From Dehalococcoidia bacterium (lineage in GTDB: Bacteria; Chloroflexota; Dehalococcoidia; Lucifugimonadales; UBA3495), in NCBI GenBank assembly GCA_965199995.1, contig OZ241328.1, forward strand, positions 1,484,627 through 1,548,626: 64,000 nucleotides of DNA, in the 5' to 3' direction. Below the pieces are notes generated by a model. It was not told where the DNA came from. It was given only the letters and a program-made list of their open reading frames with translations, and made no database searches. Both the position numbers and the translations under genes were made by a program. Of this stretch, positions 46,751-57,027 are shown in pieces; within the stretch, counting starts at the first letter, position 1; each line of letters starts with the position of its first letter.

Positions 46751-47330
46751 CGAAAACGGCAAAGATAAACCGGCTGGCCGAACGCTGTCCCGCATCGGAC
46801 GCAAGACTATTCCCATTCCTAGCGGTGTCGCCGTGGATGTCGGTTACGGGGAAGTAACGGTCACGGGACCACGGGGTGTCCTTACCCAGAGCTATCATCC
46901 CGACGTGGTGGTCCGGGTGGAGGACGATCAAATCGTTATTGAACGGCTGACCGAGCGAAAGTTCCACCACGCCCTGCACGGGTTGACTCGCAGCCTGGTG
47001 GCTAATGCCGTCGTCGGCGTAACGGACGGATATTCCAGAACGCTGGAACTGATGGGTGTCGGATATCGGGTGCAGGCCGCCGGAGACGGCGTGATATTGA
47101 ACGTGGGCTACAGCCACCCAGTGGAAATTCACCCCCCAGAGGGCGTGACCATGGAAGTGGAAGGAAATAATCGAATCCACGTCCGGGGCATGGATAAGCA
47201 AAAGGTGGGGCAATTGGCCGCTCGGGTGAGACGGGTCAGGCCTCCTAATGCTTACAAGGAAAAGGGCATCCGCTATCAAGGTGAAATGCTCCGCTTCAAG
47301 CCGGGGAAGTCAGCAGCACGCAAAGCGTAA
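46740..47330 (+). CDS. rplF: 50S ribosomal protein L6
   Basis: [15 protein letters not shown] is present and the protein has the two-domain L6 length. It carries a short N-terminal extension. Confidence 0.93.
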   Translation: MSGNENGKDKPAGRTLSRIGRKTIPIPSGVAVDVGYGEVTVTGPRGVLTQSYHPDVVVRVEDDQIVIERLTERKFHHALHGLTRSLVANAVVGVTDGYSRTLELMGVGYRVQAAGDGVILNVGYSHPVEIHPPEGVTMEVEGNNRIHVRGMDKQKVGQLAARVRRVRPPNAYKEKGIRYQGEMLRFKPGKSAARKA

Positions 47331-47384
47331 CAATCAAGTTTCCTCTATTTCCGAGAGAGGTTAGGGTGAGGGCGCGATCCTAAT

Positions 47385-47756
47385 ATGCCTAAAGATAAGA
47401 ACGCCAGACATTTGCGAAGGGTGCGGCAAGCGCGCGTTCGCAAGAAGGTTACGGGAACCCCGGAACGCCCCCGGCTTTCGGTTTTCCGTAGCCTGAAGCA
47501 TATATACGCCCAGGTCATTGATGACACGACCGGGCATACCTTAGCCGCCGCCTCCAGCCAGGAAGCGTTGAAGTCCGACGCTGAATCAGCCTCAGGAACC
47601 AAGACCGAAGTGTCCACCGCTGTAGGCAAGGCTCTGGCCCACCGGGCGTTGGCCGCCGGCGTAACCCGCGTAGTCTTCGACCGGGGCGGCTGCAAGTATC
47701 ACGGCCGGGTCAAGGCCCTGGCCGACGGTTCCCGCGAAGGCGGGCTGCAATTCTAG
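47385..47756 (+). CDS. rplR: 50S ribosomal protein L18
   Basis: [20 protein letters not shown] and [26 protein letters not shown] match L18. Confidence 0.95.
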   Translation: MPKDKNARHLRRVRQARVRKKVTGTPERPRLSVFRSLKHIYAQVIDDTTGHTLAAASSQEALKSDAESASGTKTEVSTAVGKALAHRALAAGVTRVVFDRGGCKYHGRVKALADGSREGGLQF

Positions 47757-47767
47757 CTCGATATTAA

Positions 47768-47791
47768 CGTCATTCCCGCAGAGCGCGGGAA
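47768..47791. repeat. REP-type palindromic element, family 1, inverted orientation, in the rplR-rpsE spacer
   Basis: cgtcaTTCCCGCagagcGCGGGAA has a 7-bp stem. Its left flank cgtcattcccgc is the reverse complement of gcgggaatgacg. It abuts the rpsE Shine-Dalgarno sequence (aggagg). Confidence 0.8.
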
Positions 47792-47810
47792 CAGGAGGTA
47801 CGGACCTCAG

Positions 47811-48515
47811 ATGGTACAAGCCCCACCAAGCAGACGTGGCGGACAAGGCAGGGGAGGCCCCGGTCGCTCCGGCCCACCCGGACAGAACAGGCAACAGCGT
47901 GGCGAAGGCGGCGGAGAAGGACGAGGGCGCGGCCCTCGGGATGGTCGCCCGCCCCGGGAGCGAGCCCCGCGGGAAGACGATTCCGGCGGGTTCTCCGAGC
48001 GCGTGGTCTACACCCGGCGTATCGCCAAGGTCGTGAAAGGCGGCCGTCGCCTCCGGTTCAACGCCCTCGTAGTGGTGGGCGATGGACAAGGCACCGTCGG
48101 AGCTGGCTTGGGCAAGGCTTTGGCCATTCCGGACGCGGTCCGCAAGGGAAACGCCGTCGCCCGCCGCGAAATGGTGACGTTGCCATTGCGGGGCAGCACC
48201 ATTCCACAACAGATAACGGTGAAGAAGGGCGCTACCATAGTCCTTATCAAGCCTGCCCGAGAAGGAACCGGGGTTATCGCCGCCGGAGCCATGCGCGCCA
48301 TACTGGAGCTAGGCGGCGTCAAGGACGTGGTGGGCAAATCCATGGGATCGCGCAATCCCATCAACATCGTCTATGCCACCATGGAGGCCCTGAGACAGTT
48401 GAAAGACCCGGCTACCGAGTTGGCCAGGCGGGGCGTGCGCCCCTCTCGCGCTCCAGACCCTGAACCCGCGCAAGCGGCCAATCCGGAAGCCGAAGAACAG
48501 CCGGCTGCCGTATAA
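47811..48515 (+). CDS. rpsE: 30S ribosomal protein S5 (with Arg/Gly-rich N-terminal extension)
   Basis: The core is ERVVYTRRIAKVVKGGRRLRFNALVVVGDG. It is preceded by about 60 RG-rich residues. Confidence 0.93.
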   Translation: MVQAPPSRRGGQGRGGPGRSGPPGQNRQQRGEGGGEGRGRGPRDGRPPRERAPREDDSGGFSERVVYTRRIAKVVKGGRRLRFNALVVVGDGQGTVGAGLGKALAIPDAVRKGNAVARREMVTLPLRGSTIPQQITVKKGATIVLIKPAREGTGVIAAGAMRAILELGGVKDVVGKSMGSRNPINIVYATMEALRQLKDPATELARRGVRPSRAPDPEPAQAANPEAEEQPAAV

Positions 48516-48578
48516 GAAGCGGCCCCAATCCTCCCGCCGTTCCTGCGGCGTCAGGGAACAGGATACAAGGACAGATCA

Positions 48579-48764
48579 ATGTCGCAACTGAAAATCACTT
48601 GGACGCGAAGTTGCATTGGCCGGCCCGGGAACCAGCGGGAAATCATTCGTTCCCTGGGCCTGCACCATTTGCATGACACCGTAGTCCATCAAAATTCTCC
48701 CACCATCCGCGGCATGGTAAGGAAGGTGGAACATCTGGTGCGGGTTGAGGAGGTGGAGAGTTAA
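48579..48764 (+). CDS. rpmD: 50S ribosomal protein L30
   Basis: LKITWTRSCIGRPGNQREIIRSLGL matches L30. Confidence 0.92.
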   Translation: MSQLKITWTRSCIGRPGNQREIIRSLGLHHLHDTVVHQNSPTIRGMVRKVEHLVRVEEVES

Positions 48765-48766
48765 TT

Positions 48767-49219
48767 ATGATGCACCATCAAGTAGCACCTTCCAGGGGGG
48801 CGCGCCGCAACCGTAAGCGTGTCGGCCGCGGCGACTCCGCCGGTCAGGGCAGCACGGCCGGGCGAGGCATGAAGGGTCAGAAGTCCCGCTCCGGTCGAGG
48901 CCCTCGCGTTGGCTTTGAAGGCGGCCAGTTGCCCATAATCAAGGGGCTTCCCATGCGCCGCGGCTTCACTAACATTTTCAAGACCTATTATTCGTTGGTG
49001 AAACTGGAAACGCTGGATATGTTCCAGGCCGGCGAGACGGTCACGCCCGAAGTCCTGGTTGAGCGCGGTTATGTCCGCAACCTCAATCGCCCAATCAAGG
49101 TGGTTGGCGGGGGAGAACTGAACAAGCCGCTGAACGTAGTAGCCCACAAGTTCACCCGCTCGGCCCGCGAGGCAATCATGGCTGCCAATGGCACGGCGGA
49201 GGAAACAGCCGCGCTATGA
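48767..49219 (+). CDS. rplO: 50S ribosomal protein L15
   Basis: RKRVGRGDSAGQGSTAGRGMKGQKSRSG matches L15. Confidence 0.94.
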   Translation: MMHHQVAPSRGARRNRKRVGRGDSAGQGSTAGRGMKGQKSRSGRGPRVGFEGGQLPIIKGLPMRRGFTNIFKTYYSLVKLETLDMFQAGETVTPEVLVERGYVRNLNRPIKVVGGGELNKPLNVVAHKFTRSAREAIMAANGTAEETAAL

Positions 49220-50544
49220 TGGCTACCGAGACTCAGGGAGGCCGGTTCCCCAGGCTGCTTCAGGCGGCCATAGACGCCTTTAGCATCCCGGATTTGCGAG
49301 CCAAGATACTGTTCACCTTGGCGGCCTTGGCGCTCTACCGATTCATCGCCCATATACCGTTGCCGGGAATCGACCAAGTACAACTCGACAATCTTTTCCG
49401 AAACAACGAACTATTGGGATTCCTGGATCTCTTTAGCGGCGGCGCCCTCAGCCGGATGAGTATCGTCGCCCTCGGCGTCTTTCCTTATATCACCGCGTCC
49501 ATTGTAATCCAGTTGCTGACCCCGGTGATTCCTCAGCTTCAGGAACTGTCTCGGGAGGGAGAGGCTGGCCGGGCAACGATGAATCGGATAATCCATTGGA
49601 TTACCGTGCCTATCGCCCTAGCTCAAGGCTACGGTCAGCTAGTGCTGCTCCAGCAAAGTAATGTACTGACTAACGTAGGCTTTACCGGCGACGCAGCGCT
49701 GCCTACGCTGGCGGCTCTGTTCTCCATCACGGCCGGCACTATGTTCTTGGTATGGTTGGGCGAGATGATAACCGAACGGGGCATCGGCAATGGCATCTCG
49801 TTGATTATTTTCGCTGGTATCGTGGCTGGGTTCCCTAGCCTCCTTACTCAAGGTTTCCTAGACCGGGACAATGTGCTGGGCATTGGTTTCTTCGCCATTA
49901 TCGGCGTGATGATTATCGCGCTGATTGTGCTTTTCAACGAAGCCCATCGCCGCATTCCGGTGCAATACGGGCGCAGTATTTTCCGCGGCGGGAGGATGTA
50001 CCGCCAGAGCGGCGCCACATACCTGCCGTTGCGAATCAATTCAGCGGGGATGATTCCCCTCATTTTCGCCTTCTCCATCGTGATTCTGCCCGGCACCATT
50101 GCCACGTACTTCGCTACCAACACCTCTTGGGTGGGCGATGTCGCTAACTTCTTCGCTGTGCTGCTGGTTCCTACATCCCCGCTGTATTGGGCGATGGTGT
50201 TCATCCTGGTGGTGCTTTTCACCTTCTTCTATACGCTGGTGATTTTCAATCAACAGAACCTGGCGGAAAATCTCCAGCGCAACGGCGGTTTCGTGTTGGG
50301 CATAAGACCAGGCAGACCGACGCAGGACTACCTCAACCGCGTGATTGTCCGCATAACCATGGGCGGCGCCCTGTTTTTGGGGTTCATCGCCATCGTGCCT
50401 TATCTGGCGTCGCTGGTGACCGGCGTGCAGGCAATTTCCCTGAGCAGCACCAGCCTTCTGATTATGGTGGGCGTCGGCCTGGACACTCTGCGCCAATTGG
50501 AAGCCCAGTTAATGATGCGAAATTATGAGGGGTTCCTGAGATAA
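49216..50544 (+). CDS. secY: preprotein translocase subunit SecY
   Basis: Ten hydrophobic segments are present, with GIGNGISLIIFAGI and operon position as further support. Confidence 0.96.
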   Translation: MMATETQGGRFPRLLQAAIDAFSIPDLRAKILFTLAALALYRFIAHIPLPGIDQVQLDNLFRNNELLGFLDLFSGGALSRMSIVALGVFPYITASIVIQLLTPVIPQLQELSREGEAGRATMNRIIHWITVPIALAQGYGQLVLLQQSNVLTNVGFTGDAALPTLAALFSITAGTMFLVWLGEMITERGIGNGISLIIFAGIVAGFPSLLTQGFLDRDNVLGIGFFAIIGVMIIALIVLFNEAHRRIPVQYGRSIFRGGRMYRQSGATYLPLRINSAGMIPLIFAFSIVILPGTIATYFATNTSWVGDVANFFAVLLVPTSPLYWAMVFILVVLFTFFYTLVIFNQQNLAENLQRNGGFVLGIRPGRPTQDYLNRVIVRITMGGALFLGFIAIVPYLASLVTGVQAISLSSTSLLIMVGVGLDTLRQLEAQLMMRNYEGFLR

Positions 50545-50546
50545 TC

Positions 50547-51233
50547 GTGGCGGAAAGTCTGAGACTCGTGCTCTTCGGTCCCCCGGGGGCTGGCAAAGGC
50601 ACTCAAGCGCAGTTGCTGGTGGAGCGCTATGAGCTCTCTCACGTAAGCTCGGGGGATATATTTCGCCACAATTTGCGTCAGGGAACGCCGTTGGGCCTCC
50701 GGGCGAAGGAGTACATGAACCGGGGGGAATTAGTGCCGGACGATGTTGTCATAGACATCATGCTGGACCAGATAATGTCCATCCCCGCAAAGAACGGCTT
50801 CATTCTGGACGGCTTTCCTCGCAACACCCGCCAGGCAGAGGAACTGGAGCAAGCGCTGACTGCCCGCGATCGAGACATAGGCCGCGTGCTGCATATCGAT
50901 GTTCCCGAAGACGAACTAGCCCGACGGCTAGGCGGACGTTACGTGTGCCGCGAATGCCAGGCCCCGTATACCCTCGAGGGAGAGCCGGAGGCCCCAGCCT
51001 GCGAGCGTTGCAGCGGCGAGCTATATCAGAGGGACGACGACCGGCCGAAAGCAGTCCAGCGGCGAATAGACGTTTACCGCCAAGAGACTATGCCGGTTCT
51101 GGATTTCTACCGCGCCCGCGGCCTGCTGAGCGATATCCCCGGCCAAGACACGGTAGACGGCGTGTTTGTCAGTATTGTGAATGCCCTTCTAGTTCGATAT
51201 GAAAACCTTCGACTTTCCAATAATTGTAATTGA
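50547..51233 (+). CDS. adk: adenylate kinase (Cys4 zinc-lid type)
   Basis: It has a GTG start, GPPGAGKGTQ, and a LID with CRECQ..CERCSGEL. Confidence 0.95.
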   Translation: MAESLRLVLFGPPGAGKGTQAQLLVERYELSHVSSGDIFRHNLRQGTPLGLRAKEYMNRGELVPDDVVIDIMLDQIMSIPAKNGFILDGFPRNTRQAEELEQALTARDRDIGRVLHIDVPEDELARRLGGRYVCRECQAPYTLEGEPEAPACERCSGELYQRDDDRPKAVQRRIDVYRQETMPVLDFYRARGLLSDIPGQDTVDGVFVSIVNALLVRYENLRLSNNCN

Positions 51234-51248
51234 AGGTAGAATAGTAAA

Positions 51249-52055
51249 ATGAATAAACAACGCAAAAAAGGAACCGCTTCCACCTCGCCTTCATCATACT
51301 CCGGCGGGATAACCATAAAGTCTCAGCATGAGCTGGACCTGATGCGAAAAGCGGGGGAGATAGTCGGCGGCACGCTGGATCTCCTCAAAGCGTCAGTTCA
51401 GCCGGGTATGACCACCCGCGACCTAGACCGTATAGCTTTTAAAGAAATCACCCGCCGCGGAGCGGCACCTACCTTTAAGGGCTACCGGGGCTTCCCGGCT
51501 ACCATATGCTCATCAGTTAATGAAGAAATAGTTCATGGCATCCCTAGTAAGCGGGTAATCAAGGAAGGCGACGTCGTTAAGGTTGACGTGGGCGCGACCT
51601 ACAACGGCCTTATCGGAGACGCAGCAGTGACTATCGCCGTGGGCGAGATTGATGAAGCGTTGCTGGCCTTGATTGAAGATACCCGGATGGGTCTGGAAGC
51701 GGGCATCAAGGCTGCGGTTCCGGGCGCTCGCGTGGGCGACATCGGGGCCGCGGTACAGGCTTATGGTGAATCCAGAGGCTACGGCGTGGTCCGCGAGTTC
51801 ACCGGACATGGCGTGGGCCGCTTTCTGCACGAGGACCCCCAAGTGCCTAATTACGGGGTCGCCGGACGAGGGGCTCTGCTCCGGCCGGGAATGTGCATCG
51901 CCATTGAGCCGATGTTCAATATGGGCGATTGGCGCACCCGAGTTATGAATGACCAGTGGACGGTAGTAACGTCAGATGGTAAGCTGTCCTCTCATTTTGA
52001 GCATTCTATAGCCATCACCGAGCAAGGGCCGGAAATTCTGACTGTGCATAGTTAG
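51249..52055 (+). CDS. map: type I methionine aminopeptidase
   Basis: Metal ligands occur in the contexts VVKVDVGA, GDAAVT, FTGHGVG, IEPM and EHS. Confidence 0.94.
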   Translation: MNKQRKKGTASTSPSSYSGGITIKSQHELDLMRKAGEIVGGTLDLLKASVQPGMTTRDLDRIAFKEITRRGAAPTFKGYRGFPATICSSVNEEIVHGIPSKRVIKEGDVVKVDVGATYNGLIGDAAVTIAVGEIDEALLALIEDTRMGLEAGIKAAVPGARVGDIGAAVQAYGESRGYGVVREFTGHGVGRFLHEDPQVPNYGVAGRGALLRPGMCIAIEPMFNMGDWRTRVMNDQWTVVTSDGKLSSHFEHSIAITEQGPEILTVHS

Positions 52056-52124
52056 ACTGCCCTCAACGGCGCGCGGCCCAAGTAAATTTATCGTAACCCC
52101 GAAATTCAATCCGCAAGAGGTTTT

Positions 52125-52343
52125 ATGGCAAAGAAACAGGCGATAGAAGTCGAAGCCAGCGTTAAGGAAGCACTGCCTAATGGTATGTTCCGCGTAGAGT
52201 TGCCTAATGACCATGAGGTGCTGGCCCATGTGTCAGGCAAAATCCGCATGAACTTCATTCGCGTGCTGCCCGGAGACCGGGTGCTGGTAGAGTTGTCGCC
52301 ATATGACCTTACTCGCGGGCGCATAACCTATCGTTTCAAGTAG
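52125..52343 (+). CDS. infA: translation initiation factor IF-1
   Basis: [42 protein letters not shown] matches IF-1. Confidence 0.96.
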   Translation: MAKKQAIEVEASVKEALPNGMFRVELPNDHEVLAHVSGKIRMNFIRVLPGDRVLVELSPYDLTRGRITYRFK

Positions 52344-52446
52344 CTCCGCTTTCTCCGCAAAGAATCAGCCAAGCCAGGGATGCCAGTTCAGGGTGTTAAT
52401 AGTCGCCCTACACTGTCTGTTCATCCCTAGGGCATAGGGGCGCCAA

Positions 52447-52560
52447 ATGAGAGTTACAGCTTCGGTCAAGCCGCGGTGCGATAAGTGCCGGGTTATAAAG
52501 CGTAAGGGCGTGGTCAGAATTATCTGTGTCAATGCACGCCATTCCCAACGCCAAGGCTGA
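52447..52560 (+). CDS. rpmJ: 50S ribosomal protein L36
   Basis: This gene is not in the ORF track because it is shorter than 60 aa. My own translation is [37 protein letters not shown], which matches the L36 pattern (MKVR.SVK..C.KC..I.R.G.V.VIC.N.KHKQRQG). Its position between infA and rpsM is as expected. Confidence 0.9.
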   Translation: MRVTASVKPRCDKCRVIKRKGVVRIICVNARHSQRQG

Positions 52561-52626
52561 CCAGAATATCTATACTGGCCCTTCTATTCATAGGGCAGAA
52601 GGACTCCCCATCTGAAGGAGGCAAAC

Positions 52627-53019
<393 letters not shown>

Positions 53020-53056
53020 TACCTTCTTTCCCTTTGATAGGGCTCTTGATAAATTT

Positions 53057-53092
53057 CCCTCTCCCTATTGGGGAGAGGGTCAGGGAGGGGGG
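53057..53092. repeat. REP-type palindromic element, family 2 (CCCTCTCC-N-GGAGAGGG followed by a G-rich tail), in the rpsM-rpsK spacer
   Basis: The sequence is CCCTCTCCCtattGGGGAGAGGGtcagggagggggg. A second copy is at 56518. Confidence 0.8.
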
Positions 53093-53095
53093 CGA

Positions 53096-53479
53096 ATGCC
53101 CAGACCCAGAACCAGACGCAGGGAAAGGCGTTCCGTGCCGCAAGGCCGGGCGTATATTTACTCCACTTTTAACAACACGCTGGTGAGCATCACCGACCCG
53201 CAAGGCAATGTGATTGCTTCAGCCAGCTCGGGTGCGGTCGGCTTCAAAGGCTCCCGCAAAGGCACCGCTTTCGCCGCTCAGAGAGCCGCAGAACAGGCGG
53301 GCCGCCGGGCCGGCGAGGCCGGTATGCGTCATATCGACGTCTTCATAAAGGGGCCAGGAGCCGGACGGGAAGCCGCTATCCGCTCGCTGCAAGGGGTGGG
53401 CCTAGTGGTCACCAGCATACGCGACGTGACCCCCATCCCGCATAATGGATGCCGTCCACCCAAGCGAAGGAGAGTGTAG
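53096..53479 (+). CDS. rpsK: 30S ribosomal protein S11
   Basis: [22 protein letters not shown] and [18 protein letters not shown] match S11. Confidence 0.96.
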   Translation: MPRPRTRRRERRSVPQGRAYIYSTFNNTLVSITDPQGNVIASASSGAVGFKGSRKGTAFAAQRAAEQAGRRAGEAGMRHIDVFIKGPGAGREAAIRSLQGVGLVVTSIRDVTPIPHNGCRPPKRRRV

Positions 53480-53489
53480 GTCAACATTT

Positions 53490-54116
53490 ATGGGAAGATA
53501 CACAGGGCCGGCCTGCCGTTTGTGCAGGCGTTCCGGCGAAAAACTGTTCCTAAAAGGCGACCGCTGCTTTACTCCGCGTTGCTCCTTCGAGAAGCGCCGT
53601 AATCCTCCGGGAAATGTCTCGCGCCGCCGCCGGCGCCCTTCAGACTATGGCGTTCATCTGCTGGAAAAGCAGAAGGCCAAGTACATTTATGGCGTGCTGG
53701 AATCCCAGTTCCGCAAGTATATGACCGAAGCCTTCAACACCCCCGGCGTCACCGGCATGAATCTCTTGCGCAGCCTGGAACGCCGCCTCGACAACGTGAT
53801 ATTCCTCCTCGGCTTCGCGGATTCCCGCAAGCAGGCCAGGCAACTGGTTTTGCACGGCCATTTTCAAGTTAATGGGCGCAAAACCGACATACCGTCCTAT
53901 TCCGTAAAGGCGGGCGACGCAATCACGTGGAAGGAATCTAACAAGACCACCGATTTTTTCACCGACCGAACTAGCGGGCTGCCAAAGCGCCCCGTGCCGG
54001 CCTGGCTGGCCCTGGATGTCAGTGAGATGTCCGGGCGAGTGGTCTCGTTGCCTTCGGATGATGAACTGCAGACTGCGCTGGATTCCCGCCTGATCGTTGA
54101 GTTTTACTCGAGGTAA
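53490..54116 (+). CDS. rpsD: 30S ribosomal protein S4
   Basis: MGRYTGPACRLCRRSGEKLFLKGDRC and an S4 RNA-binding domain are present. Confidence 0.95.
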   Translation: MGRYTGPACRLCRRSGEKLFLKGDRCFTPRCSFEKRRNPPGNVSRRRRRPSDYGVHLLEKQKAKYIYGVLESQFRKYMTEAFNTPGVTGMNLLRSLERRLDNVIFLLGFADSRKQARQLVLHGHFQVNGRKTDIPSYSVKAGDAITWKESNKTTDFFTDRTSGLPKRPVPAWLALDVSEMSGRVVSLPSDDELQTALDSRLIVEFYSR

Positions 54117-54126
54117 TTGGGAGTCA

Positions 54127-55305
54127 ATGCTAGACACTTTCGTTGTTCCGGCCGTTGGGCTGGAAACAGGGGTAAATGACCCCCCCAAACCGGAAATCCG
54201 CGTGATTGACGCCGATGATTCCGACGGCTCTTACGGGATGATCGCTGTCGAGCCGTTGGATCGCGGCTTCGGACAGACCATCGGCAATCCGCTGCGCCGC
54301 ATATTGCTCAGTTCTACTCCGGGAACGGCCATCACTTGGGTCAGAATCGAGGACGTCGTTCACGAATACATGGCTATTCCCGGCGTCAAAGAGGAGGTGA
54401 TGGAACTCCTCATCAATATCAAGGGCATACGTATCCGCTCCAATGCCGTGCGACAGGGCAAAATGCGCCTCAATGTCAAAGGAGAAGGCCGCGTGTGCGC
54501 CGGCGACATTGAGACCTCGCCCGAACTGGAAATCGTCAATCCAGAGTTGCACTTGGCAACCCTAGACAGCGATGACACCGGCCTTTCCATCGAGTTCAAC
54601 GTGGAGAACGGAGTGGGCTACCGCGCCGCGCAACCCGGCGAAGACGGGGCAAGCGTACCCACCGGGGCCTTGCCAGTGGATGCGGTTTTCAGCCCGGTTC
54701 GCAAAGTGAATTTCAGGGTCGAACCTACTCGCGTCGGCCAGAACACCAACTATGAACGGCTATTGCTGGAAGTATGGACCGATGGCGCGATAAGGCCAGT
54801 TGAGGCGGTGCAACAAGCCGCCGAAAAACTGGTTGAACACTTCTTTCTGTTCAGTAAGCTCAGTCGCGCTGCGGAACGCGGCGTAGAACGGACGCCCCGA
54901 GTGGTGTCCCCCGAAGTCTATCAGACTCCCATAGAACGGCTGGAGCTATCCCCGCGCACTCTTAATTGCCTCAAGCGCGCCCAGATAAACCGGGTGGGTG
55001 AAGTACTGGAGATGTCCGACGAGGATTTGCTGAAGATACGAAACTTCGGCGAAAAATCTTTGGTCGAATTACAGGAGAAGCTGGTCGAGCACGGTATCAC
55101 CACCAGTGCCCGGACTACGGAAACTCCTTCCCCAGCCGGCGAGGTTCCCGCCATTTCCGCCGAAGATCTGGACGAACTGATGGGCAGCAACTCCGACGTC
55201 GCTACTTTGCCCGCCGGAATGTCCTTCGCGGAGACCGGGGAAGCGCAAGAAGAACCTGAAGAGCAGGATGTCGACGCCTTCATCTCTGCCGACGAAGAAG
55301 ATTAG
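54127..55305 (+). CDS. rpoA: DNA-directed RNA polymerase subunit alpha (with acidic C-terminal extension)
   Basis: GFGQTIGNPLRRILLSS is present, and the alpha-CTD contains LELSPRTLNCLKRAQINRVGEVL. The start may instead be at 54097. Confidence 0.94.
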   Translation: MLDTFVVPAVGLETGVNDPPKPEIRVIDADDSDGSYGMIAVEPLDRGFGQTIGNPLRRILLSSTPGTAITWVRIEDVVHEYMAIPGVKEEVMELLINIKGIRIRSNAVRQGKMRLNVKGEGRVCAGDIETSPELEIVNPELHLATLDSDDTGLSIEFNVENGVGYRAAQPGEDGASVPTGALPVDAVFSPVRKVNFRVEPTRVGQNTNYERLLLEVWTDGAIRPVEAVQQAAEKLVEHFFLFSKLSRAAERGVERTPRVVSPEVYQTPIERLELSPRTLNCLKRAQINRVGEVLEMSDEDLLKIRNFGEKSLVELQEKLVEHGITTSARTTETPSPAGEVPAISAEDLDELMGSNSDVATLPAGMSFAETGEAQEEPEEQDVDAFISADEED

Positions 55306-55319
55306 GGAGATTTACCGAA

Positions 55320-55673
55320 ATGGCTACCCACCGCGTCTCAGGGCGCCGATTGAGCCGGTACAAGGACCAGCGCAAGGCATTGATGCGCGGCTTGGTCTGC
55401 GAGCTGATAAAGCACGAGCGAATTACAACCACCTTGGCCAAGGCTAAGGAAACCCGAATCGTCGCCGAAAAACTGATTACCCACGGCAAGAAGGGTAGCC
55501 TGCACCACCGGCGGCTTGCCTTGGCCCAGATTCCCAACAAGGGTGTGGTGGAAAAGGTGTTTGACGACATCGCGCCCCGGTACGCCACCCGTCCAGGCGG
55601 ATACACCCGTATCACCAAGCTGGGCCCCCGCCAAGGGGATGCAGCCCAGATGGCAGTAATCGAACTGGTCTGA
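55320..55673 (+). CDS. rplQ: 50S ribosomal protein L17
   Basis: RLSRYKDQRKALMRGLVCELIKHERITTTLAKAKE matches L17. Confidence 0.95.
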   Translation: MATHRVSGRRLSRYKDQRKALMRGLVCELIKHERITTTLAKAKETRIVAEKLITHGKKGSLHHRRLALAQIPNKGVVEKVFDDIAPRYATRPGGYTRITKLGPRQGDAAQMAVIELV

Positions 55674-55746
55674 TGGAGCAGTCCAGATAGAGGCGCGTGA
55701 ATGTCCGTTGCCCGAAGGCGAAGCATGCAATTCGCAAACGCCCGGC

Positions 55747-56505
55747 GTGCGCAGGCTTGCTCTACGGGTTGAGTACCAAGGCACTAGTTACAACGGTTTC
55801 CAGTTGCAGCTTAACCAACCGACGATTCAAGGAGCGCTGGAAGAGGCTCTGAAGCGCTTTACCGGAGAGAGCATTCGCATTCGCGGGGCGAGCCGCACCG
55901 ACTCCGGAGCGCACGCCTTGGGCCAAGGGGTGGATTTCCTCACTTGCTCCAAGCACCCGGCCGAAAAGTTCCTCGCAGCACTGAACTTCTTCCTAGCAGA
56001 AGACATTCGAGTGCTTTGGGCAACTCAGGTTCGCGAAGGGTTTCACTCCCGGCACTCCGCCCTCAGCCGGGTGTATCAGTATCGGATTCTGGCCCGAAAG
56101 GAGCCTTCAGCACTGCTCCGGCACACCCATTTGTGGGAAAGAACACCCTTGGACACGGCGCGAATGGTCGAGGCGGCCCAGTTCTTGACCGGAACCCATG
56201 ATTTCCGGGTTATCGCGCCCAGCCACCCCAAGGATCGCAGTGCAGTTCGAACGGTGAGCCGGTGGGAAGTGAGGCGAGAGGCTGATACCATTATCATAGA
56301 GTGCGAGGCAAACGGATTCCTGAAGCATCAAATCAGGAAGGCCAACGGGATACTGCTTGAAATAGGAAAAGGAAAACGGCAGGTTGAGTTCACGCGAGAG
56401 GCCCTAGAAGGAACTGCGGACGTTTCAGATATTCCAGTATTGCCAGCCAGGGGCCTGTGTTTGGTAGAGGTAAAATACCCAGCCGAGGCGTTTGACGTTC
56501 TTTAG
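55747..56505 (+). CDS. truA: tRNA pseudouridine(38-40) synthase TruA
   Basis: RRLALRVEYQGTSYNGFQLQ and GASRTDSGAHALGQ contain the catalytic Asp. The GTG at 55747 gives the usual N-terminus, and an alternative TTG is at 55708. Confidence 0.88.
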   Translation: MRRLALRVEYQGTSYNGFQLQLNQPTIQGALEEALKRFTGESIRIRGASRTDSGAHALGQGVDFLTCSKHPAEKFLAALNFFLAEDIRVLWATQVREGFHSRHSALSRVYQYRILARKEPSALLRHTHLWERTPLDTARMVEAAQFLTGTHDFRVIAPSHPKDRSAVRTVSRWEVRREADTIIIECEANGFLKHQIRKANGILLEIGKGKRQVEFTREALEGTADVSDIPVLPARGLCLVEVKYPAEAFDVL

Positions 56506-56517
56506 AATACCGAAAGT

Positions 56518-56545
56518 CCCTCTCTGGGAGAGGGCAAGGGCGAGG
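56518..56545. repeat. REP-type palindromic element, family 2, in the truA-rplM spacer
   Basis: CCCTCTCtgGGAGAGGGcaagggcgagg has the same core and G-rich tail as 53057. Confidence 0.75.
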
Positions 56546-56550
56546 ATAGC

Positions 56551-56982
56551 TTGAAAAGAACCGGAACATATTTCCCTAAACCCGGCGAGGTGGCCGCAAA
56601 CTGGAAAGTGGTTGACGCCACCGGCCAGACCTTGGGCCGTTTGGCCCGCGATATCGCCGTCTCTCTCCAGGGCAAGGACAAGCCGTCCTACACCCCTCAT
56701 ACGATGACGGGCGACTTTGTAGTGGTGGTCAACGCATCCCGTGTCCGCACTACTGGGCGCAAACCCACCCAGAAATTCTACTATCGCCACTCTGGTTACG
56801 TGGGGAACCTCAAGTCCATCCAGTTGCGGGATATGATGGAATCCCACCCGGAGCGGGTCATCGAGCTGGCGGTGAAGGGTATGCTGCCCCGTAACCACCT
56901 GGGGCGGCAGATGTTGCGCCGCCTCAAAGTTTACGCCGGCCCGCAACATCCCCACGACGCGCAGGCGGGACAGGTCAACTAA
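56551..56982 (+). CDS. rplM: 50S ribosomal protein L13
   Basis: It has a TTG start, and WKVVDATGQTLGRLARDIAVSLQGKDKPSYTPH matches L13. Confidence 0.94.
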   Translation: MKRTGTYFPKPGEVAANWKVVDATGQTLGRLARDIAVSLQGKDKPSYTPHTMTGDFVVVVNASRVRTTGRKPTQKFYYRHSGYVGNLKSIQLRDMMESHPERVIELAVKGMLPRNHLGRQMLRRLKVYAGPQHPHDAQAGQVN

Positions 56983-57027
56983 CCTGTTCCAATAAGAAAA
57001 ACGGCAAGACACGGAGGCAATACCGAC

